57,120 nt of DNA from NCBI GenBank assembly GCA_007125155.1, contig SLDR01000028.1, positions 1 to 57,120 of the forward strand. The letters are read 5' to 3'. The notes beneath the pieces were generated by a model. The model was not told the DNA's origin. It saw only the letters and a program-made list of their open reading frames with translations, and made no database searches. Source of the DNA: Candidatus Campbellbacteria bacterium (lineage in GTDB: Bacteria; Patescibacteriota; Minisyncoccia; Phycocordibacterales; CSBR16-193). Below, in pieces: positions 1 through 9,631 of the stretch. Made by a program: the position numbers and the translations under genes. The first letter of the stretch is position 1, and every line of letters begins with the position of its first letter.

Positions 1-2202
1 ATAAGGAATGGCCGAAGAGGTGAAGGTCCCCGGTGTGTCAAAAAGGCTAAGGAAGGTGGGATCGGCCCATTCGGGAATTTGTTCGTCAGAGACCCTTAGG
101 ATCTGACCGGTCTCTCCGATGCCCAGGGTGGAAAGAATTTCCTCGTCAGTGGCGTAAATCATATCCCCTATGGAATATTCACTTATTCCGGTACCTCCGC
201 GAGAAACAATGAGAGGCTCTCCGCCGATCAAATTTATATCCAATTCTCCTTCCACGACATCTACCAATATATTGGCTTCGGATAGACTAACAGAGACTCG
301 ATCGGAGCCGGCGGCAACGCCTCTAAACTGCAATTCTTCACCTTCTCTTTGATGAAAAACTCCGTAACCCAAAGTGTTAACATTAACCAAGAAGTACAAC
401 ACATCATCACCTACTCCGGCAATCGTTTGCCAGATCAGATTACCCGATCCGTCTACAGTCAAAACCTGTCCAGACATTCCACCTTCTTCCGGCCAGAAAT
501 AATCAACTCCGGAAAAAGTGGTGGTACCTGTAACACCCAAAGAACCGAAAACATCGAGTGTCCTTTCCGGAGAGTCGGTACCGATACCCAAACGCTCCAG
601 ATCAATGTCCCATGTTATACCCTGAGTTCTCTGCGCTACAGATCCAATCGTGGAAATGTTATGAACCATTCTACCTTGAACATCAATATCAACGCCCGCT
701 TGTGGAGCTCCTCCACCACTAACGGTCGTGCTTATACGGAACACTCCATCTTCAACTTCACTGATCGTTATTCTGTCGCCGGCTTGGATGCCTTGTACCA
801 TATCAATACCCAATAGCCTCCCGCCTTGAAGATCGATGTCGGCTCCACCTGTTAAAACTCCACCTGTAGCCGTAATACTTTCATAAAAGTGACTTTCTCC
901 AAAAACGCTGGTTTCCCCGTAAAGTAAAGTGGAAGTCGAGACCATTAACTCCGAAAAGATAGAGGGAGAAAGAAAGGTACTTGTACCGGTGACGGTAAGT
1001 AAGTCCTGAAGATAAGCATGACCCTCAAGGTTAAATGTTCCGTCGACAGAAAAAGACCCTTCCCTCCAAGAAAGGTCGGGGCTTGATGTTAATTCACCAT
1101 CCTCTGTCCAAAAAGCGATCTCGCCCTCTACACCGGCCCCCGCTACGGCTCCCATATCAGTAATGGAAGTCCATGTTAGTTGTCCTTGATCATCCGTGAC
1201 CAGTATATTGTTATCATCCAGACTTTCGGGCCAGGTATAAGTCAGACCGCCAAAAGTGGTGACATCTGCGGCGGTTAAAGGTCCGGCCACATCGACAGAT
1301 TGAAAAAAAGAATCACCCTCAACACTCAGGTCTTGACTTAAAAGAGTATCCACATTGATCTCAAAATAACCTTGACCTTCAACAACCTGAAGGAAAACCT
1401 CGTCTGCGGGGGCACCTAAGAAATCTTCAAAATATCTCAATGGTATAGATTCGGGTGAATTATCATCATCTAAAGAAACATCATCTTGAGAAGCCGAACC
1501 CGTTTGAGCCAAGAATGATCCCGGGTCACCTATAGGGTCATTATATCTTCCAACAAACATTGGGATGAAAGAATCAAGGCTCTTGTGAACGAAAGCAGGC
1601 AAAAGGTGTTCCATCTCAAAGGAGCGAATGACCTGTAATGTGGCCGTTGTACTTAAAAAAATAAAAAGTAGGAGTAAAACCAAAACCGTAGTTTTTTTGG
1701 TGGCTTTTTTAAGGGCATCAAGTCTGGTCTCATCCAAGTCCAATATCGATCGATAATGAGAATTCAAATCTCCTTCGCTGTTAGAGTGTTCTTGATATAA
1801 AGACGGACTCGATTTCTTTTTTGCATAAGACGAGGTCTGATTTACGACATCATGGTCATCATTAAGATCGTTTTCTTTTTTGGGTAAACCTTTAGAGTTG
1901 GATGAATTTTGATCTCTAATATTCAAAGGTTCGCTGGCGCCAATTTGGACATCGTCGTTATTACCTATTGATCTTTTAATGGGAATGAATAAAGGAGGTT
2001 TATTTTCAATTTGAGGTATTCCTGAAGATATTCCATCCTTGTACCTGATAAGATCGTCCTGTTGTATAAGCCAACTGCGTCCATCTTTACGACACACAAC
2101 CAGCCCGGCTCGACAAAGTTGCCCGATGTAGTCAGTCGTGTATCCCGTAACTCTGGAAGCTTCACGAGTCGAAAGATATATTTTTCCTTTCACTTCTTTC
2201 AT
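1..2202 (-). CDS. Large membrane-anchored surface protein with an N-terminal excisionase/MerR-type HTH, one TM helix and a long Gly/Thr/Val-rich extracytoplasmic region. The 3' end runs off the window.
   Basis: Own minus-strand translation starts at ATG 2202-2200: MKEVKGKIYLSTREASRVTGYTTDYIGQLCRAGLVVCRKDGRSWLIQQDDLIRY. A hydrophobic segment TTVLVLLLLFIFLSTTATLQVI lies about 170 aa in (around 1650-1700). I checked that the frame is open at 1980-1921 and at 60-1 (..PTFLSLFDTPGTFTSSAIPY). It is absent from the ORF track because no stop lies in the window. The + strand ORFs 170-352 and 349-816 are shadow frames. Confidence 0.7.
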   Translation of the reverse strand, partial: MKEVKGKIYLSTREASRVTGYTTDYIGQLCRAGLVVCRKDGRSWLIQQDDLIRYKDGISSGIPQIENKPPLFIPIKRSIGNNDDVQIGASEPLNIRDQNSSNSKGLPKKENDLNDDHDVVNQTSSYAKKKSSPSLYQEHSNSEGDLNSHYRSILDLDETRLDALKKATKKTTVLVLLLLFIFLSTTATLQVIRSFEMEHLLPAFVHKSLDSFIPMFVGRYNDPIGDPGSFLAQTGSASQDDVSLDDDNSPESIPLRYFEDFLGAPADEVFLQVVEGQGYFEINVDTLLSQDLSVEGDSFFQSVDVAGPLTAADVTTFGGLTYTWPESLDDNNILVTDDQGQLTWTSITDMGAVAGAGVEGEIAFWTEDGELTSSPDLSWREGSFSVDGTFNLEGHAYLQDLLTVTGTSTFLSPSIFSELMVSTSTLLYGETSVFGESHFYESITATGGVLTGGADIDLQGGRLLGIDMVQGIQAGDRITISEVEDGVFRISTTVSGGGAPQAGVDIDVQGRMVHNISTIGSVAQRTQGITWDIDLERLGIGTDSPERTLDVFGSLGVTGTTTFSGVDYFWPEEGGMSGQVLTVDGSGNLIWQTIAGVGDDVLYFLVNVNTLGYGVFHQREGEELQFRGVAAGSDRVSVSLSEANILVDVVEGELDINLIGGEPLIVSRGGTGISEYSIGDMIYATDEEILSTLGIGETGQILRVSDEQIPEWADPTFLSLFDTPGTFTSSAIPY

Positions 2203-2350
2203 ACAATAACGAGAAGTGTTTCTTGAAAATTCATTTATCTCGGCCGTATCTCGGTTATCTCGGACACGAATCAAGTTATTCAAATTACACCTTTTCCTCT
2301 CTCGTACTACTAATTGTAACAAAGAACATGAAGGTTTTATCAGTGACCTT

Positions 2351-2359
2351 TGTGGATAA
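2351..2359 (-). promoter_or_regulatory. Perfect DnaA-box 9-mer (TTATCCACA on the minus strand)
   Basis: The plus strand reads tgtggataa in the divergent intergenic region between the surface-protein gene and atpC. It sits about 35 nt upstream of the atpC -10 element. Confidence 0.35.
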
Positions 2360-2389
2360 CGATCTCGGTTAAAAATGACTGATTTGGCA

Positions 2390-2398
2390 TGCTATAAT
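2390..2398 (+). promoter_or_regulatory. Extended -10 promoter element (TGcTATAAT) for atpC
   Basis: tgctataat lies at 2390-2398. The predicted TSS is near 2405, only about 6 nt before the ATG at 2411. This argues against the upstream start at 2375. Confidence 0.4.
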
Positions 2399-2410
2399 CA
2401 AAGCCGTAAC

Positions 2411-2692
2411 ATGAATAATGATTCAGAAAAAAGAGATGGGGTTGAGGAATCCATTTTGAAGGTGCGTGTCATGGCTTTAGGAGAGATGATCTGGGAAGGT
2501 TCTGCAATGACCGTCTCCGCTGAAAATACTTCCGGTCCCTTCGATATTCTTCCTGAACATGCTAACTTCATCACCATTTTAAAAGAGTCTCCGATCACGA
2601 TCCGGACAGCGAATGGAATAAAAGAGTTTTCATTCCCCAGATCCTTGCTTTATGCGGGTGACAACGTTATCAAAATATACGCCGGCATATGA
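2411..2692 (+). CDS. atpC: F1 ATP synthase epsilon subunit, short form (beta-sandwich domain only)
   Basis: The ORF 2375..2692 contains LKVRVMALGEMIWEGSAMTVSAENTSGPFDILPEHANFITILKESPITIRT, which matches the epsilon N-domain pattern (..G..GILP.H...). The start is placed at the internal ATG 2411 because of the -10 box. At about 93 aa it lacks the C-terminal helical hairpin. Confidence 0.7.
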   Translation: MNNDSEKRDGVEESILKVRVMALGEMIWEGSAMTVSAENTSGPFDILPEHANFITILKESPITIRTANGIKEFSFPRSLLYAGDNVIKIYAGI

Positions 2693-3817
2693 TTCGGCAT
2701 CAATCTATATAATTTAAATATTTTTAGTAAAAAAAGAAAAAAACTCTAAAATTTGGCAAAATCATCAAATTAATATGTTCACTCAAATGGATCGTGATCT
2801 CTTAATTGATATCTATATTTTGATCTCCCGAATACCACATTCGCCCAGATCGAACAAGATTAAGTCCATCAAAAGACCTTAAAACTAGATCAAGAATATT
2901 TTCACTACATTAAAACAACGGCAAAATTACCTCAAAACTAAAGATCTCGGATATAGATAAAAATATAAATGGGTCTGATCCATGAATATTATCAATTCAT
3001 ATATAACGTTCTTTGTGTCAATACCGATACATAAATTTGAGTTAATGCATAATTTATAACAGAGACTTCAAAAAAAGACCGCCAAGATCAATAAATTTTA
3101 TAAATCGAAGTCCTTACATGAGCTACCGATATGATCACAAAAGACACCATAATGGAAGGTGAGCTATCAGGATTTTTAAATATTAAGATCAAAATATTTT
3201 CGGGCGACCCCGATCCCGGAGAAACACAAAACCAAGACAAGCAATGTGTTGTGCATGTGCGTGAAACGGTCATTAAATTACTTTTAACTTATCGCGATAT
3301 TCAGCTCTACCCCCCCCTCCACCTTTTTTTAAAAGATCGCCCACTTGATTTTCAGCAAACATTATGTTGCTATTTAATTCTGGCTTAAGTTCCGATACGG
3401 CCGAGATACAGCCTAGATAAGCTATTTATTCTGAAATAATATTCTCCATATCGCAACTTTTAATCCGGATGGGGAATCAAATAATCAGCACATAGGAACG
3501 TGTTTTATTGAAACACAATAACAACAATCGTGCTTAGACCGAATAATCAGACATCTACGGTTCCGGCTTCTGTAAAGACCCTTGATCTGAATTCTGCTTG
3601 GTATCTCAATTAGCCAACCACCTTTTGCGACACCTTGACTTCCGGTCAAAATATTTAAGATGTCCGATCAAATCGCAGCCACTGACAATAAAAGCTTTGA
3701 ATACAATCACGGGCCCGTTCGTATTGCGATCTTTAATATCCAAAATACCTTTTCCTAAACAAAAAAATTTAATAATTCGAGAATATTTATCGATTCTGAA
3801 TCGAAGGATCTTTTAAC

Positions 3818-3846
3818 AAAAAAACCAGGTTGCAGATGCCCTGGTT
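3818..3846 (-). terminator. Rho-independent terminator ending the atp operon
   Basis: The minus strand reads AACCAGG-loop-CCTGGTT followed by TTTTTTT (the A-run at 3818-3824 on plus). It lies about 30 nt after the atpD stop. Confidence 0.7.
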
Positions 3847-3876
3847 CCCAAACCGGAAGTTGTCTTTTGTTTATAT

Positions 3877-6103
<2,227 letters not shown>

Positions 6104-6152
6104 TTGATACTACAAATTAACTTTCCGGTGTATTAAAATATCAACCCGTCTA

Positions 6153-7724
6153 TTATTCCTCTTCGGCGACACCGATATCTTTATCATCTTCAACGGGTTC
6201 TTTATCTTTTTCTTTAACAATGTTGGAAGATGAAGATGAATCCTTATTTTTACCTGTAGCAACCTCCAACTCATTGATACCTTTTTCAAGTTCTATCAGA
6301 AGGTCAGAAAATCCAAGATCTTTTGAAGAGGTCATTTCCCTGGCTCCGGCCAGGGACTTGCCTTCTTCGAGTGTTTTGATTATATTTTCACGTTCAAAAC
6401 CTATAAAATCGAGATCTCTATCTTCGGGTTCAAAAAAACGAGTAAAGACAAGTGCCAATAATAGAATTTGAGTTGTTAATGACAAGAATCCAATATTCTT
6501 TTGGTTCATCAGCTCACTTATGATCCTTCCTCTTTTTAGTATATCCCGCGCATGAGAACTGAGTTGGGTCCCGAAACGACTATACTCCTGCTGACGCGGG
6601 TACTCAGAAAGTATATTTATGATACTCGTTGACAGTTCTCGCTGAATTTTATTGTGAGTTGCGTGCCCTACACGGGTGACCGACTGAAGTACGGATATTG
6701 CCGGCTTAAAACCTTCAGCATGTATCTCCTTTGAGAATAGAAGATGCCCATCGGTTGATCCCATTAAGTTTGTGGGTATCATGTTCGTAAATCCCTCCAT
6801 ATCGGTCTCCAGGACCGGAAGAAGAGTGATGGTCCCATTGCCCTGTTTATCATTAAAGCTTCCGCTCCTCTCCATCAGGCTTGCGTGTCTATAGAACATA
6901 TCTCCGGGATATGACTCTCTTCCGGGGAACTGATTTGATAAGAGGGCTATCTCTCTTAGATACTTGGCATGAATGCCAAGGTCATCCAATATTAGGACCA
7001 CATCTTTTCCTTGATTGCAGAAATGCTCAGCTATCAAGAAGGCTGTTGATGGCGCAATACTTATCATGGGCGCCGACTCATCCGAGAGTGCCGAAACTAT
7101 TATAGTGTTATCCATGGCATCATTTTCCTCCAAAACCTTTATCAAACCGGATGTGAAGTTAACCGGTTTACCAATAGCGGCATATATACAAATGTTTTGA
7201 AGTTCTTTTTGATTGATCGCGACATCTCTTAAGAAATCATTCTTTCCACTGTGTATCGGCCCATATATAAGCTCGCGCTGACCTTTTCCTATCGGCAAAG
7301 TGATGTCAACCAAAGCAAACCCCGTAACCAGCTGCCTGTCAATAAAAGAACGTGAATCGATGTCTCTTGCTTTTTTATCAAAAGAAAGTTTCTCGGAAAA
7401 ATTACCTTTATAACGCTTACCGATCCCATTATCCGAAACCACCTCACCTAATGCATTCAACACCTTTCCTTTAAGGTGTTCACCGATATGTATCCTGGAA
7501 CCCTCGCTGTCAATAAAAAATTCTATCCCGGGACTGGCGGGTTTGTTATCAAGAAATAATGCTTCTATTGATCCGGGCAAAAGAGAATGAACCACGGCTT
7601 TCCTGCCTTCTTCATCCACGATGATATCATTAATGCGGGCCGACGGTAGTCCCTTTATGCTCAGAAGGTAACTGTTGACCTTTGTTACGTAACCAACCTC
7701 TTTCTTTATCAGGTTCTCCATCAT
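6153..7724 (-). CDS. atpA: F1 ATP synthase alpha subunit, divergent P-loop and acidic C-terminal tail
   Basis: 523 aa with PIGKGQRELIYGPIHSGKNDF, ILDDLGIHAKYLREIALL and PGRESYPGDMFYRHASLMERS. The tail is ..SSSSSNIVKEKDKEPVEDDKDIGVAEEE. Confidence 0.9.
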   Translation of the reverse strand: MMENLIKKEVGYVTKVNSYLLSIKGLPSARINDIIVDEEGRKAVVHSLLPGSIEALFLDNKPASPGIEFFIDSEGSRIHIGEHLKGKVLNALGEVVSDNGIGKRYKGNFSEKLSFDKKARDIDSRSFIDRQLVTGFALVDITLPIGKGQRELIYGPIHSGKNDFLRDVAINQKELQNICIYAAIGKPVNFTSGLIKVLEENDAMDNTIIVSALSDESAPMISIAPSTAFLIAEHFCNQGKDVVLILDDLGIHAKYLREIALLSNQFPGRESYPGDMFYRHASLMERSGSFNDKQGNGTITLLPVLETDMEGFTNMIPTNLMGSTDGHLLFSKEIHAEGFKPAISVLQSVTRVGHATHNKIQRELSTSIINILSEYPRQQEYSRFGTQLSSHARDILKRGRIISELMNQKNIGFLSLTTQILLLALVFTRFFEPEDRDLDFIGFERENIIKTLEEGKSLAGAREMTSSKDLGFSDLLIELEKGINELEVATGKNKDSSSSSNIVKEKDKEPVEDDKDIGVAEEE

Positions 7725-7807
7725 ATTGATTAATTATACTACCGTTTCACCTTCTTTAATAAGTGGAAAAAAAGATGAGGCATGCATCAACGCATACACC
7801 AAAGAGA

Positions 7808-8338
7808 TCAAAGAATATTTTCATTCATTATCTCTTTTATACGGGATGATATCTTTTTGTATTGTGTTTTTTTCATGCTTTTGAAGCTCATATCGTACTT
7901 CTCGTCACCCCAACTGAAATAACAACCCGCGGCCATATCGCAATCAGCTTTAAAAATTAAAAAAGCTCTTTCATCAACATTTTTTTTGATCCATTTGCCA
8001 ATAAATACAACATCCTCACTCCTGGGTTCTACAGGCGTTTGCAAAAAGAAAACAGGGCATTTTTTAAAATCATCTTCAATTTCTGAAAGAATATCGTATG
8101 GATCTTTAGAAGATAGGATCTTTTTGAACAAATCTTCACCCCATTCTTTTACCGCTTCCTTATTATCATCAGTTATCCGTTTACCAACACAGAATCGATC
8201 GAATCTATCCAGAACCGGTAGATGTTTTTGTCGATCTTTATACAATAGAAATTCAATAAATTCCTTAAGCAAAGAAAAACGACGATGAAAATCAGTGTAA
8301 GTATATGTATTGGAAAAAATAATATCAGAAATTCTCAT
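7808..8338 (-). CDS. atpH: ATP synthase delta (OSCP) subunit, divergent
   Basis: 176 aa, positioned between b and alpha. The C-terminal pattern LIFKADCDMAAGCYFSWGDEKYDMSFKS resembles the delta ..D..IIGG....G...D.S motif. AGGAGGGGG lies about 12 nt upstream. Confidence 0.6.
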   Translation of the reverse strand: MRISDIIFSNTYTYTDFHRRFSLLKEFIEFLLYKDRQKHLPVLDRFDRFCVGKRITDDNKEAVKEWGEDLFKKILSSKDPYDILSEIEDDFKKCPVFFLQTPVEPRSEDVVFIGKWIKKNVDERAFLIFKADCDMAAGCYFSWGDEKYDMSFKSMKKTQYKKISSRIKEIMNENIL

Positions 8339-8356
8339 AAGATATTGAACCCCCTC

Positions 8357-9547
8357 CTATTCGAAAGCCCCTCTCTTTTTGGCTTCTTCAAGAGCATTGA
8401 TTATAACCTCCCTGTGATCATCATGTGTGAGTTTCGTGTTTAATGCTATTTGAGCGGTTTCTTCCACAAGTGTAACTATCTGTTCATCAACAACTCTCAT
8501 TCTGTCACGTCTGTATTCCTTAACTTCCCTCTTTAAATCTTCAAGTTCTTTATTGAACGCGCCTTTAAGCATCTCAATAAACTCCGCCTTAGATGCCGAT
8601 ATGTCCTCTGACACCTTGCCTATCTCCTCATTCATTTGCTCGCAAGATCTTTTACTTACCTCTTCAATGGCACTTGTGGCCTTAAGGACAGAATCCCTCA
8701 AGTGATCTCGCGCTTCTTCGGACATCTCACCGGAGATCCTCTCCAGGTTTTGAGCATTTTCCGCAAAAACATTCCTGGCATCATTGTTCATTTCTTCCAG
8801 CTGTTGTGAGAATTTATGACTGTTGGCGCGAGCTTCTTCGGACATCTCACCGGAGATCCTCTCCAGGTTTCGAGCATTTTCTTCAAAAGCATTCCTGGCA
8901 TCATTGTTCATTTCTTCCAGCTGTTGTGAAAATTTATGACTGTTGGCGCGAGCTTCTTCGGACATCTCATTCGAGATCCGGTCAAAACACTTTCCGCATT
9001 CCTCGAAAGCTTTTCTGGCCTCGGAATTCAAAACCTCGAGCTGTTTCACGGAACTCTCGACAACATTTAAATCCTCTGAAGTTCTATTCATTTTTTCTTC
9101 CATATTCTCTATGGCAAGATCCAATGATCTTTTTATATCCTCGTTAGCCTTATCAAGAGTCGAATCCATCTTTGTTCGGGCTTCATGCAACATCTCATCA
9201 GAGAACTCCGAAACCTTTTTAACGCTTTCGGAGAGGCTTTTTCCGGCTTCCCGACTCAGATCTTCCAAACACTCGGTAAAAGAGGCGTGCATTCGATCTA
9301 TTTCAGACTTTCTTTCGGATAGATATTGACCCGCACTCCGCTCCGCTACCAGCAGTGTTTCACCGGCCTTCAGGCGGGTCTCTTCCATCAAATTTCTCGC
9401 TCGATTCTTCGTCGAATCTATTATCTTATGGTAAGAATTTTTTTGTTCTTCCAGTTTGCGTAAAAGCCAAATGGTTGAAAAGAGTAAAAGGATCACTGAG
9501 GTGATCAAAAGTATCAAAAGCACAGATATTGGGTCCATTTCAAACAT
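8357..9547 (-). CDS. atpF: ATP synthase b-like stator subunit, greatly elongated coiled coil with tandem repeats
   Basis: 396 aa. It has a single N-terminal TM (ISVLLILLITSVILLLFSTIWLL) followed by a long Glu/Lys/Arg-rich helix. The C-terminus IVTLVEETAQIALNTKLTHDDHREVIINALEEAKK matches the usual b-subunit C-terminal pattern. It sits directly upstream of atpH. Confidence 0.6.
   Translation of the reverse strand: MFEMDPISVLLILLITSVILLLFSTIWLLRKLEEQKNSYHKIIDSTKNRARNLMEETRLKAGETLLVAERSAGQYLSERKSEIDRMHASFTECLEDLSREAGKSLSESVKKVSEFSDEMLHEARTKMDSTLDKANEDIKRSLDLAIENMEEKMNRTSEDLNVVESSVKQLEVLNSEARKAFEECGKCFDRISNEMSEEARANSHKFSQQLEEMNNDARNAFEENARNLERISGEMSEEARANSHKFSQQLEEMNNDARNVFAENAQNLERISGEMSEEARDHLRDSVLKATSAIEEVSKRSCEQMNEEIGKVSEDISASKAEFIEMLKGAFNKELEDLKREVKEYRRDRMRVVDEQIVTLVEETAQIALNTKLTHDDHREVIINALEEAKKRGAFE
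8708..8975. repeat. 120-nt tandem repeat (about 2.2 copies) inside atpF
   Basis: Sequence rows 8701, 8821 and 8941 align at an offset of exactly 120 nt (..gcttcttcggacatctcaccggagatcctctccaggttt..). The repeat encodes ARNAFEENARNLERISGEMSEEARANSHKFSQQLEEMNND. Confidence 0.9.
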
Positions 9548-9584
9548 TTTAAAAGAATATCTTAATTTTATCCGATCTGAATAT

Positions 9585-9612
9585 ATTTTATCATGCGAAT
9601 ATCGAGTTTCAA
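9585..9612 (-). promoter_or_regulatory. Candidate sigma70-type promoter upstream of atpF
   Basis: The minus strand reads TTGAAA (9612-9607), a 16 nt spacer, then TAAAAT (9590-9585). This is an AT-rich region, so a chance match is possible. Confidence 0.3.
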
Positions 9613-9631
9613 CGAAAAACCTTTGACCTTT

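Noticed and set aside
349-816. A 155-aa + strand ORF, and the neighbouring ORF at 170-352
   Set aside because: They lie antisense to a much longer open minus-strand frame (1-2202) that has recognisable HTH, TM and repeat features. Their composition is shadow-like (Ser/Thr/Asn-rich with no motifs).
3300-3335. The sequence CCCCCCCCTCCACC followed by a T-run might be a tmRNA or tRNA-like 3' end
   Set aside because: There is no T-arm (GGTTCGA-type) or acceptor pairing upstream, so the resemblance is limited to the CCACC string.
3088-3816. Small ORFs in the gene-free region (3088-3273 minus strand, 3131-3388 plus, 3598-3816 plus)
   Set aside because: They have no recognisable motifs, overlap one another, and have no promoter or SD context. 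They are treated as non-coding, and the region itself is flagged in the findings.
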